64,000 bases of DNA from NCBI GenBank assembly GCA_951406725.2, contig OX597815.1, positions 97,154,001 through 97,218,000 on the forward strand, written 5' to 3'. Source of the stretch: Octopus vulgaris (Eukaryota). This document shows, in pieces, positions 1 to 12,600 of the stretch. Below the pieces are notes generated by a model that was given only the letters and a program-made list of their open reading frames with translations, searched no databases and had not been told where the DNA came from. Made by a program: the position numbers and the translations under genes. The number at the start of each line of letters is the position of its first letter. Position 1 is the first letter of the stretch.

Positions 1-849
1 CTCAAGTCTTCGGAGTAAGAGATGATATATAAAGGAACAGTTGTAGACTTGTCCGATATTTATATGATTCAATTCGAGCTGCATTTACATTGTTGGTCAA
101 GTTACAAAAAATGTATACTTAAAATAATACTCAGTGATGAGGAGTCCTCAGTCGTAGAACTCATCAATTAATACCAAGCTGAAGCTATAAAAAGTATTTT
201 GTGAATACAGCTCCTGATCTGCTAGAAGTATCAAATCCACCTCCATCAATGTAAAATTCTAACTCGTTAAGAAACTGAAGAACAAATCTGATAATATAAT
301 AATAGATTCATACTTAGGAAAAGTTGATGATAACTGCTGGAAACTTTCTGGTCAAACTTGCCATCGGTTCGATCTAATCTGACAGGCAAGAAATATGACT
401 GGAGTTTAACTTAATGACGTGGTTCCTATAAAAGAACTGTTAAGGTAGCAAACCACGAAACGTGGTTGGAATTCCTCCTGCTAATCGCAGAAAAGAATTG
501 TTAACCGATGTGATTTGACTAAATGAACACAAGTAGGATTTTCAGTGTAATGAAGCTTGATCGGACAACATATTTAGTTTCATCAATTGTTGGTTATGGA
601 GGAATAAACATTGCTTATGCATTTTGCAGGTTCTTGACAACGGTGAAATTAAGGCCTTTAATGTGACACATGATTACTATAAGATATGAAGTGGTATTGA
701 ATTTTGCAGCAGTGTTCAAGGAAGAAAGAGATAGGCATAATGCTTAGTTTCGTAGCAGTTGCAGATTTGACTCAGCAAGGTTATATAAACATGTGATATA
801 AAGACAACTGTGTGATTGTGGTGCACAGTCAATAATATCCGTCAAGTGG

Positions 850-1500
850 AGAAAAGAAAGAGAATAATGTGAGGGAGATGAGAGTGAGGAGACAGTATGT
901 ATGGGGACCAGCATTTGGAGCCTATATGCGACTGAGTTATTTAAGCATTTGCATTGGCCTTTTCTGGATATGTTATGATATGTCTGTAACTGACCGCATT
1001 AGTAGTAATATGAGGGAGAAATATTCGATTTGTAATCTCATCTAAACTGTGTCAAAATTTGTTGAGGATGAATTATCTGTTGGTCCTGACTAGGGAAGCC
1101 AATCATTGAGATACTGTTGTAACTAAGTTAAGGATCTGATTTCGACAGGAGAGAGCCTCGTTGACCAATAATTCGAGCAATCTCGACGGATTTATTGGTG
1201 TACCACTTATGTTGCAGGGTATGGGTGAAAATGCTTGATACGAGTAACATTTGTAGATGGCAGAGGAAGGAAACAAGATTAGCAAAGAGAATAGCTTTCG
1301 AAGTATTGTTCATTATATCGCTGCTTGTTTCACGTTTACTCTCTATGTTGCTGTTCGTGATACATTGTTCAGGAAGGTTAAATGCCAATGAAGAGTATAT
1401 CACCTAAGACCGGTTCTTTGTTTTCGAGAGGGCTTGAAGTTCATTTACCTACAGAAAAATGAGAAGCGGATGTAAAGGCGAATCCTGGGACATGGCAGAA
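850..1500 (-). pseudogene. Possible highly decayed non-LTR retrotransposon ORF2 remnant (endonuclease-RT linker region)
   Basis: Minus-strand peptides such as 'HKWYTNKSVEIARI' and 'RHIITYPEKANANA' loosely resemble LINE linker motifs (PWW.., I.T.P.EKANAF). Many stops and no catalytic motif seen. Confidence 0.2.
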
Positions 1501-1548
1501 ATGATAGTGTGACGTACGCAAAGTACTCCCTCAACCCACATCGATATA

Positions 1549-1760
1549 TGAAGGGGTGCTGAAAAGTTTCTGGCTTTGGTTAAAAGAAAATACAGGAGAA
1601 TCAGTTGACTATGATTTTATTCACCATATTCCGCTCTCAGTTTCACTCAGTGGAACGGTCCTTCGGTTTTTCGATTCCTTGTAAAAGAACTCGAAAGTTT
1701 CAGCCTCCAACTAGACCTATCGCGAAATCCTTAAAACCAGGATCTTTTCAGTACCCCTCT
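1549..1760. mobile_element. Tc1/mariner-type MITE (~212 bp)
   Basis: Left end TGAAGGGGTGCTGAAAAGTTTCTGGCTTT matches the reverse complement of the right end (AGAGGGGTACTGAAAAGATCCTGGTTT). TA dinucleotide on both sides (1547-48, 1761-62). No ORF. Confidence 0.75.
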
Positions 1761-2716
1761 TAGTGTAATCTAGTGATAAATATATAATCCAAGTGATGAG
1801 CAACAATTGTGATAAATAGGTACACCGTTACGATAGAATTCTCGCACTCGAAAGCTGATGTCAAGCGCAACAATATTCATTGAAATAAATTTCTTTAAAA
1901 CTAGCTCTAACTTGTGTGTCATAGAAGAAAATTGCTGAAAAAATGAATCTACATTACAAAAGCCATATATTTGTTATGAGAAAGAAATTGGTAAAACTGA
2001 AGATCAATGATGGGGAAATAGAAGAGATTCAGTCTTAGCTATTAATACTGCCGATTTGGTGTGAAATGACCGAATAAAATTTCAGACTTGGTTTCTTGAA
2101 ATGTGTTTCTGCAGGGTGTTAGGATTAAAACGTCGAAGTGAATAGATTTGGAGGTGATGTGTAAAGTGTAAAGGGATTCTGTACAATAGGTAAATATGCT
2201 TTTTGTAAAAGACTCAGCTGTAGTTTATGAGACGTGTTTTGTTGAGAGCTATGTGATGCACAACGTCATATTTCACGTCTTTGAAACTGCTTTCGCAGAC
2301 GCTGAGTTGCTATGCAAACGCAGCCAAGCATTTGAAGCTGTGTGCGATTAACTAAGTGCTGTACGCCTTGATTTTGCATGCACATTTGCACTACAATCAA
2401 TTAAGCCATATAAATCATGGAATAATAGTTGTAGAAAGGAAGGACATGTCAAATGTAATAATCTAATTTTCCCGCATATCTGTTTCTGATACGTCAATAG
2501 TGAAGCAATTCTACTGTCATTGATAAGGAAATCCGGCACATCGCTGACAAGACTATTTGGCGGAACAAAGGTTGCGAGGATCAGGAAGCTGTATGCTGCG
2601 TGTGACTATGCTAGTTGGATACAATCTGATGTGCGTAACGAGTGTTGCATTGAGCTTGGTACAGGAATAAATTTGTGGGAGAAAAAAGATCAATTTAGGC
2701 TAAATAGAATTTTGTA

Positions 2717-2860
<144 letters not shown>

Positions 2861-2935
2861 GTGTGTATAAGAATTATTTGCGTAATAAGATAAAAACCAA
2901 GGCTGTATAGATATTAGAGAATTCATAGATAGAAG

Positions 2936-2987
2936 GTATTACAGCTGTTTCTAGGATATTAATTAATAATATCCCTTCATCAGAGAC
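2936..2987 (-). ncRNA. Minimal type I hammerhead ribozyme motif (PLE pseudo-LTR type)
   Basis: Minus strand reads gtct-CTGATGA-a-gggatatt[attaatt]aatatcct-a-GAAA-cagctg-TA-atac. Intact core, 8-bp stem II, palindromic CAGCTG stem III, GUA triplet, stem I 3/4 paired. Confidence 0.75.
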
Positions 2988-3073
2988 GGTGTGAGAGGAA
3001 AAATTAAGTCATAGTTAGTTTCGATGTGATAGAAAATAAAGAGTGAGTTGGAGGAAAGAAAATAGATGTAAGA

Positions 3074-4471
3074 TATGTATGGGTATTGAATTTGCAAATC
3101 CGTTTTATAGGCATAATGGTATATATGCAATATTTCAATGTCCTTTAAGTAAAATCTAAAAGTCCAACAGAGTTTAATATGGGTCCTTCCAAGTATAGAG
3201 TTTATAAGCAATGTAAGATTACCTTATGAGTAATCCAGCAGATTTTTAAACTTGGTCATTCCCAGTAGGGAATTTATATACAGTGTTGGAGAGTCAAGGT
3301 TTGTATTTAAAATGTCCTAGAAATAGGGAGTGTATTAGTATGGTTAAATTGAAAACAGGAAGAGAGGAAAGAAATAAAGAGAAAAAGAAAGAGAAAAAGC
3401 GGAAAGAAAGAAAGAATGAAAGAGAAAGGAGAGAGAATATTAGTAAAAATAACAAAATAAAAAAAAATAAAGAATAAAAACCCCGAAACTATAAATAGAG
3501 GGATAAAGAAAACAGAAAAAAAGAAAAACTAAGAAAAACTATGTATGGGTATTGAATTTGCAAATCCGTTTTATAGGCATAATGGTATATATGCAATATT
3601 TCAATGTCCTTTAAGTAAAATCTAAAAGTCCAACAGAGTTTAATATGGGTCCTTCCAAGTATAGAGTTTATAAGCAATGTAAGATTACCTTATGAGTAAT
3701 CCAGCAGATTTTTAAACTTGGTCATTCCCAGTAGGGAATTTATATACAGTGTTGGAGAGTCAAGGTTTGTATTTAAAATGTCCTAGAAATAGGGAGTGTA
3801 TTAGTATGGTTAAATTGAAAACAGGAAGAGAGGAAAGAAATAAAGAGAAAAAGAAAGAGAAAAAAGCGGAAAGAAAGAAAGAATGAAAGAGAAAGGAGAG
3901 AGAATATTAGTAAAAATAACAAAATAAAAAAAAAATAAAGAATAAAAACCCCGAAACTATAAATAGAGGGATAAAGAAAACAGAAAAAAAGAAAAACTAA
4001 GAAAAACTATGTATGGGTATTGAATTTGCAAATCCGTTTTATAGGCATAATGGTATATATGCAATATTTCAATGTCCTTTAAGTAAAATCTAAAAGTCCA
4101 ACAGAGTTTAATATGGGTCCTTCCAAGTATAGAGTTTATAAGCAATGTAAGATTACCTTATGAGTAATCCAGCAGATTTTTAAACTTGGTCATTCCCAGT
4201 AGGGAATTTATATACAGTGTTGGAGAGTCAAGGTTTGTATTTAAAATGTCCTAGAAATAGGGAGTGTATTAGTATGGTTAAATTGAAAACAGGAAGAGAG
4301 GAAAGAAATAAAGAGAAAAAGAAAGAGAAAAAAGCGGAAAGAAAGAAAGAATGAAAGAGAAAGGAGAGAGAATATTAGTAAAAATAACAAAATAAAAAAA
4401 AAAATAAAGAATAAAAACCCCGAAACTATAAATAGAGGGATAAAGAAAACAGAAAAAAAGAAAAACTAAGA
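3074..4471. repeat. Three near-identical tandem copies of a ~467-bp non-coding unit
   Basis: Unit starts TATGTATGGGTATTGAATTTGC at 3074, 3540 and 4008. The differences I can see are in A-run lengths. The ORF track repeats the same peptide three times. Confidence 0.95.
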
Positions 4472-5053
4472 TATAGATCAGTCAGTGGTCAGTGGAAATA
4501 ATTTGAAAGTAGGAGTGGGTATAATAAACATAACGAGGCAATAAGCACATGCAACCACCGCTTTTATTACACATTTAAATTCTACCACAAATCCAAATGC
4601 CAGAATGACCGTACAGTACATTTCCGCAATAATTCTTACGTAATCCCATTAACCTATAAATTTACACACTAACTCATAATCCCTATCTATTTTCTCATAT
4701 ATACAAGAAAGAAGGAAATTCAATTTTGACTTGCAGACACTAACATCCACCATCCATACATATTAAAGAACTGTAGTTCCTTGAACACCAAACAACTGCA
4801 CGGGGATTTTTAGATCATTCGTATCATGCAGTGACGCGCTGTTCTGCTGAGTATGCAAGTGTCAATGCCAAAATTTGCTCCAAGTCCTTACTGGAATTTC
4901 CTGATGTATATCATTGCATATTTTTCTCGCCATCGTTTTAGGGAGTAGACACTTAACTTTTTCAACTTTTCTCAGTAGTTGACATGCCGCATTGATACGA
5001 TTTAAATTGTGTAGCTTCGCTGGATTGTTTAAAGTCCCGCCGTTAATCTACAC

Positions 5054-5796
5054 TGTTACCATAGCTAGGGGCAGCATTCTAAGCAGCAGAGGATCATGAT
5101 CCTTCCTTTACTCTTGGATTGAAATTTCTAAGGATCCATCCTCTAAGATGGATCCTTAAAAATCTTTAGGAGGGATCCATGCGTAGAGGGCTGGATCCGG
5201 TCAGCCCTCTACCAATGTAGTAATATACCATTCAGTTTTGCTAAAACAGATCGATAATAGCTTGTCTTTTGATATATGTATACCCTGTGTGGGTTTACGG
5301 CTGTGTCTTTTTGTGTAGAGTTAGATACACAGATACATAGCGTCTCTGGCCTTTAGAAGACGAGGACCAGAAAAAATGGTATCATCTATCAACGAGATAA
5401 AACGATGTAAGATTTGCTTTGCCGAAAGAAAAGTCGCTTGATCCGGGGGCCGTTTTAAATTCCAGAAAGGATGTGCTTAGTCGATAACCTAATTAGAGAT
5501 GCTTTCTGTTGCATGCTTGGAAATCCCCATTTACCTTATAGGAGCACACCAGCATCTTTATAAACCGTTACCGTTGGAACCGATGTAAAAGACATAACCC
5601 GGTTCCGCCTGAAACCCTACCTGCAGGTTTTATTCTGGATATATATTCTTTGTTTCTAAAACTAATTAAGATATTTTCTTCCCTCCATTTGTAGAGATCA
5701 TTTTTGCCTCTCGCCGTTTGTGCCTGACGGGTCGCCTATACAACTAAACACTTTATTGGTGCAAAACCGATGTTCACTCTCCAACCGGCCATAACA
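5054..5796. mobile_element. Candidate solo LTR or unclassified interspersed repeat rich in hairpins
   Basis: GC-richer block bounded by TGTTA...TAACA with several internal perfect hairpins. No target-site duplication found. Confidence 0.3.
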
Positions 5797-5816
5797 ATCA
5801 ATCTTCTAAATGCATA

Positions 5817-5857
<41 letters not shown>

Positions 5858-5974
5858 ATTATATGTTTTAATAATTTTGTTATATATTTAAATAATATAA
5901 ATATAATAATCTTATGTATTGGCTTAAGTTTTTCATTGTTTGATTTGTCTAATAGTGGTTTTGTCTCTAATTTA

Positions 5975-6077
<103 letters not shown>

Positions 6078-6901
6078 CATATACATTTATGTATCTATAT
6101 ATTATTTATATATATATATAATAGTTTATTCATACAAACATAAGTGTGCGCGGGCGTATATATGTTTGTGTATATGTAAATAATTGCGTATGTGATTCGC
6201 TGTGTATGTTTATCTTCCAGGTAATATTTCTACTGAGTACCCTCTCTCTATACGCCTGAATTAACTTATTTCATTCTAATCTCAAAATATTTGAACTTAA
6301 AGTTTTAATTCAATATAAAGTTAGGCTATTCTGTTTTGGAAAATAATTAATACGATATTTGTATAAGCCATTTTATATACCTCACACTGTATGCATTATT
6401 GATTGACTTTATTATAATACTATAGACGTAAGCTAGCACATATCCTCGCCGGAAAAACTGTCTAACTTCCGCAAGACCTTGTACATTAACCTTTTCTCGT
6501 CTCTTAAATATTTCTTTTAACATTTAAATAAATGTGTTAAAGTTCAATTTTTATGATTGATTTATTTGTTGAAACGGCGAAGGACTTTCAGGTGTTAAGT
6601 TAACAGATCTGTATATTCTTTATATAAGAACGTATGTAATTTCAGAGAAATTGATAGATTAAGTCAATTTCAGCCAGAAGCAGTATAAATTTTTTTGAAA
6701 TGTTGGCCCATCGAGTAAGACTGACCGAAACTGTGGTTATGTTGTATGCAATTGCTAGTTGTACATCAAACAGCAGAGTATATCGGAGTTTATAGGTTCG
6801 AAATATAGCTCTTGATAATTCGATTATGCATCTATACGACTACGGAAAATAAATTTATTTATATGTATTGCATCGAAAAACAGCACAAGTATATTTAAAG
6901 A

Positions 6902-7598
6902 CTAGATGAGGTACCCCGTAATACATTTCCCTTAACAGGATGTCTTTTTATAGCCATAAAACATTTTTCGTCAAATTTCGACATTTTTTAAAGCTTAAAA
7001 ATATATCTTAATTGTTAGGGCCAATTTGACGAAAAAGTCTGGTAGCGAATCCGTCTCGTCGTCATTTCTGGCCATGTGGGTAAAATGGCAAAATTTTACG
7101 CTTTGGAGCAGATTTTATCAAATTGATGTCACAACGGCTCGTGTGCAAAATGCCTAAATTTTGCTTGAAAAATAATATGCCCTTACCTAATCAAAACCTG
7201 GAACGCTGGGGAATTAAAACAACTAATTGAAATAATAAGTTTTAGCAAATCAAAACAATTCGTATTGCAGTGAAGAATTAGCAAATGCTAAATAGATACC
7301 GTTAATATGCTTTCTGTTTATACCCATGAAACATTTTTCGTAAAACCTCGGCATTTTCCGTCAAAATGATGTCACAATTGCTAGTGCGAAAAATGCTGAA
7401 ATTTTGCGATTTTTGAAACATCGATGCTGATTAAGAATTGATTTTTTTTAAAATTCCAAGTGCGTAAGTGACCACAAGGGCATAAGTCTCCATCCCCATA
7501 CACACCTTGTCGAGTTTCATCAAGGTCTGCTGGATAATATCGGAGGAGGTAAAGCAAAAAATTCACAAACATACAAACTTGCCATTTATCATTATTGA
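6902..7598 (-). mobile_element. Non-autonomous Helitron-like element
   Basis: Minus strand starts A|TC-AATAATGATAAATGG followed by (GTTT/GTAT)-like short repeats and ends ...ACGGGGTACCTCAT-CTAG|T. These are 5'-TC and CTAG-3' termini inserted between A and T. Internal repeat AAACATTTTTCGT at ~6959 and ~7329. The subterminal hairpin is weak. Confidence 0.5.
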
Positions 7599-7723
7599 TA
7601 TTTGTTCAGCAAATTACCTGGTACTTCGACAGACTTGTGTGTATTAAAATATTCGGTGTTACTTTCGACAGGTGAATACATGCCTGCGCACGCTCGCACA
7701 GGCACGATACACAGATCCATAGG

Positions 7724-7934
7724 TATAAATATATATAAACAAATATATAAATATATATAAACAAATATATAAATATATATAAACAAATATATAAATATAT
7801 ATAAACAAATATATAAATATATATAAATAAATATATAAAGGCGCCGCTCCTGCATAGCTCCGAAAATAAGTCCTTGTACAGCATATAAATATATATAATA
7901 TATAGCAGCGCCGCCCCCGTGCATAGCTCCTGAG

Positions 7935-7985
<51 letters not shown>

Positions 7986-8100
7986 TTTCAGGATATAAAT
8001 ATATATAAATAAATATATAAAGGGCCTCCTGGTAGCTCCGCAATATAAATATAATAATAATATATAAGAGCTATGCAGGCTGATGCAGGAGCGCTGCGCC
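7724..8100. repeat. Minisatellite (16-bp ATAAATATATATAAAC-type units) with interspersed GC-rich motif GCGCCGCTCCTGCATAGCTCC
   Basis: 16-bp periodicity at 7724-7838. GC motif variants at ~7841, ~7908 and ~8022, with an inverted copy at ~8068-8100. Confidence 0.8.
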
Positions 8101-8112
8101 TTTAGTCGAAGA

Positions 8113-8151
<39 letters not shown>

Positions 8152-8290
8152 TCGACCCCGGAACTTATTCTTTGTAAGCCTGGTACTTAGTTTATCGTTC
8201 CATTCTGCCGAACCACTAAGTTACCTTGATCTAAACACACCAACATCGATTGTCAAGTGATGGTGGGGGAACAAACAGACACAAAGTCAC
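8097..8290 (-). mobile_element. SINE fragment (same family as 61814-61951), interrupted by (TA)n
   Basis: GCCTTTAGTCGA...AAATCGACCCCGGAACTTATTCTTTGTAAGCCTGGTACTTA...GCCGAACCACTAAGT is shared with 61860-61947. Confidence 0.75.
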
Positions 8291-8306
8291 ATACGAACAT
8301 TTATAG

Positions 8307-8353
<47 letters not shown>

Positions 8354-8382
8354 ACATTAATCAAAGTGGAGGATATATCTTC

Positions 8383-8517
8383 GTAGGTCAAATTCCTTTC
8401 TCGTGATCATACAAAATACATGAAAAAATTCATCGAAATATTAGGAGTCAAGCGCTCCAATATTTTGATGAAATTTTTATGTATCTTGTATTGCCACGAT
8501 TAAGGAATTTAACCTAC
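8383..8517. repeat. Long imperfect inverted repeat (~63-bp arms, short loop)
   Basis: GTAGGTCAAATTCCTTTCTCGTG...CATCGAAATATTAGGAG pairs with CTCCAATATTTTGATG...CACGATTAAGGAATTTAACCTAC. Confidence 0.9.
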
Positions 8518-8579
8518 AAAAATCTGCAACAGTCAAAACCTGCCGCAACATTAGCCTCCACATTTCTACTCAATGCACA

Positions 8580-9912
8580 AGGATAACCCACTTTCTTGAA
8601 AGTAACAAACTGCTGAACCCCAACCAACATGGGTTCCGTAACGGAAAGAACTGCCTAACACAGCTCCTGCATCAACTTGACAACATTTTGAAAGCATTGG
8701 GAGAGGGTTCGAATATTGATGTCATCTACCTTGATTTCAGCAAGACCTTTGACAGGGTGGATTATAAGGTCTCCTTGAAAGAACTATCCAGCATTGGTGT
8801 CTCTGGAAAGGTACTAAATGGATTAAATGTTTCCTGACAAACAGAACCAAACACGTTGTAGTCGAAGGAGTAAAATGAAGCTCATCCAAACTCAGTAGTG
8901 GCGTTCCACAATTCACTATGTTGGGTCCACTTATTTTCCTCATCTATATCAATGACATTACTGACATCATCAAACACAGTAACATAATAATCTTTGCAGA
9001 TGATTCTAAGATCAAAAGGTCATCAATGAAGTGGGTGACCGGATATGCCTTCAGTCAGATCTACTAACTGTCATTGAATGCGTGGAAAACAATAATACGC
9101 AGCTGAACTTCGAAAAAGAGGATACCCGGAAACTTCCATACTCCCTTCATTCAGCTGAAACTCTCACGGCATCCAACGACAACAGAGACCTGGGAGCAAT
9201 CGCGGACAAAAACGGGCCGATCACATAAACAGCATGGCCCACTGAATGTGATCCTGGATTCTCAGAACTGTCCAGTCATGAGATAGCCACGCCCACTTCC
9301 GTCTCTTCTCTACTTTTGCTTCATCCCCACCTTGAATACTGTTGTCCACCGTAGTCTTCTCACACGAAATAAAGTATCATGAAAATTGATGCACCTCAAA
9401 GGTCAATTATAAAAAGACAGGTGACACGACTGACCGTGACTATTGTTGGGGTCGACTAGGAAACCTCAAGTTTTATTCTTTCCAACGCCACCGGGAGCGC
9501 AACGTCATCTGCATGATGTGGGAAATATTGCATCAGAATTTCCTGAATGATGTTTGCATCGCCTTTAAGATACACCCAAGTCTTGGTCACCTTACTATCC
9601 GACCACAACATAAATCATACTCGCATCATATAACAATAATACGGCAGAATTATTTCACCTCAATTGGCCCCGCTGTTTTAACGTTACACCAAAACACATT
9701 AAAGCAGAAACAGACCCCATAAAGTTCAAAGTCATTCAAACACTCCCGGATAAACCTCATACACCCGGATATGTCTCCATAAAAAAATACCTCGCGCCTC
9801 GAGTGGACCATGTTTTCCGATTTCTGATTTGAATGACTTTACCAGTTGGTGCAATTAAGTTAGACACAGCCTGGGTCAATATTAGCAGAAACACATCAAA
9901 GTATCAAAGTAT
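8580..9912 (+). mobile_element. 5'-truncated, decayed CR1/L2-group LINE (reverse transcriptase pseudogene plus 3' end)
   Basis: Translates across a frameshift and a stop as ...LLNPNQHGFRNGKNCLTQLL...DVIYLDFSKTFDRVD...WIKCFLTNRT...SGVPQFTMLGPLIFLIYINDI...IFADDSK (FADD at 8993-9004). Ends in a short tandem tail ATCAAAGTATCAAAGTAT. Confidence 0.9.
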
Positions 9913-10009
9913 GCTAAGTGTTTCATAGGTGAGAAAATAAAAAACCAATGGTCACTCCATGACCGGCGATAACATTTAACTTCCTGATCTCTCCCTCTCT
10001 CTTTCTCTG

Positions 10010-10113
<104 letters not shown>

Positions 10114-12324
10114 TATCTCTTGCTCTCTCTCTCTTCTTCACTCGAGATTTGATGCTACATCATTGGGGAGCACTGCATTACACTTGGCTTTTACAAATGT
10201 CATTAGGACATTATATTGTTACGCGTATATTGTGTCGAAGCACACTAATTTGTCAGAATCTATCATTCGAAACCTTAACGCCACACAATAGAACCATTAC
10301 AGCATATGCATGTAAGTACAAACGTGTATGGAATTCTCATGGCCTAACATTTGAATATAAATAACAAATTGTGTTTTCAATCGAAAACTTATAGGCATGT
10401 TGTTTTTGATTGAACAAATAATTCATGGGTGTGTAGATGTATGTGAATACGTGTGTGTGTGTTTGTGATTGTTAGCATATATAATGTGTATATATATATA
10501 TATATATGTATATTTGTATGTAGGTATGTATGTATACATATACATCAGAATGTATATAAATTGCGTTGCACCAGTATGACCATGACGTCTGTCTGCTACC
10601 CGTGAAAGTATCATTATACACATTATACACACACACACACACACACAAACGCACACTCATACACGCACAGACTAGCATGCATATGTACAGATAAAATATA
10701 TATGTATGTAAGTATGTATGTATGTATACCTGAATACACACTGAGTCACACACACATGCTACCAACAAATGCATATATAATCACATTTACATATTGAGAT
10801 AATCAGATACAGGAGAGTGTGTATGTATATGAAAATTTATAAAAGCTATTTACCACACAAATATGTAAATACATAAAGAAATCAAAGTTTTACGAAAATG
10901 TTGAAAAATCTACATAATAAAAAAGAAACTGAATTATTATGAGTTAAAGGTGAGAATTATATTTTATTTTATACTATTCACACTAATAAAATAAATAAAT
11001 TAATAAATATATTTTCTTTCAATATTTCAATTGATACTTTTTGTTTCTATTGTAAATGTAATATAATATTAATTTTTATTTTCTAAGTTATACATTTTAT
11101 CTTTATTTACCGCGACGTATCTATAAAATCTTAAGTAAATGTGAGAGGAAAACTTATGGAAAACAATAGAAGTTCTTCGTACATAGCAACATATACTTAG
11201 AGAGTGCAAGATGTAATTCGTGAAGAATCTCAGGTTGTCTTTGTTCCACGATTGTTTATTCATATATGCTTCTGTACTGGTATGTTTATTTACATGTATA
11301 TACGCATGTGAGTATAGATGTTTCTGTATATCTGGTTGTAAAGTTATATCTCTCTGTATGTCGGTCTCTCTCTCTATATATACATATATATATATATATA
11401 TACATATATTTATATACAGATTTATAGGTAGGTTTGTTTGTATGTATGCGTCTATGTATGTATGTGTGGTTTGTATATGTGTGAGAGAAAATATGATTCA
11501 AACCAATAGCGTGCATGAACTACAGAACAAATATCTCAGCGTAACATTTTCTTTTAAGTTTGAACAAATATTTCATCTGGAATTGACATTATTATTCTTA
11601 TACTAAATATTTTTACAGACGCACTTATGTTTCGTGTTTATTATTACTTTGTCGATTGCAAATAAATTATTTCTGGCGTTAACTCAGGAAATAAAAATGA
11701 ACAGGAACAGAAAATATATTTTGTAAAGAACAAATAGATAAGAATGTGATGAATAATTTGAGATCTTAAATAATCTCTTGTTTGCCCATATCGCTAATAC
11801 ATATTCCTCATTCTGTATGTAATAGAAATTTTAGTTTAATCACTCAATTTCTATACCGTATTATCCTTTCGAAATAGGAAAGTGTACGTTGTGTAATGCA
11901 GTTCTTGATAAACTATATCTAAACCCGTAATGTATACTCTTGAAGCTATTTCATTGCGTATATTTTCAATTTAGCTTAGTAGAGAGATAAAGGAAAATAT
12001 CACCAGGAAACACATGTACTTCTACGTATTAAGGCGGAAGCAGCCAAATTGCAAAAAACATGCTGTGGTTCTAAAATGAAAGATTAAATTCTAAGTGTTG
12101 TCCTAAGCGTGCAGTATTTGAAACAGACATAGCTGTAATATATTTGACCCCAGTATTGAAGAATTAAGGCAATCCTACTGCAAACTGGTGAGAGTATAAG
12201 CTACAAAAAAAAGCGAAATAGTTTCAATGAATTTGTATTGATGATTCAAAAATAATTTTTTTTCTATTCTACATAATACATTAACCACGTCTGTTTTACA
12301 TAATTTTTCACATTCACAGGTAAG

Positions 12325-12600
12325 GTTAAGCGTGAAGAAGTTTGCTTTCGAAACACATGTTACCTGGTTCAGTTCTACTATAGCCGAGGGCCGACCAAAG
12401 CGTTGTGAGTGGACTTGCGTATGCACTTTTGTGTTTGGGGCCCATCACCGCTTGGCAACCGGGGTTAGTTCGTTCACCTCCTAGCGGTTCGGGAAAATGA
12501 TAGCGATATAATAAGTACCAGGCCTAAAAAAATATGTATTTGGGTCAATTCATTAACCAAAACCAAAACCGCCTCCAAGCGGATGACTGGCAATCAGCAT
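12325..12600 (+). mobile_element. Decayed SINE (head related to 55459-55627, tail related to 8097/61814 family)
   Basis: AAGAAGTTTGCTTTC..CACATG..GGGCCGACCAAAGC matches 55480-55585. AGCGGTTCGG...ATAAGTACCAGGC is the reverse complement of the 61905-61945 motifs. Confidence 0.6.

Noticed and set aside
3074-4471. Tandem array as CRISPR or as a repeated small gene (MLINSILGRTH...)
   Set aside because: Whole 467-bp units are repeated with no unique spacers, the DNA is eukaryotic, and the peptide has no recognisable features.
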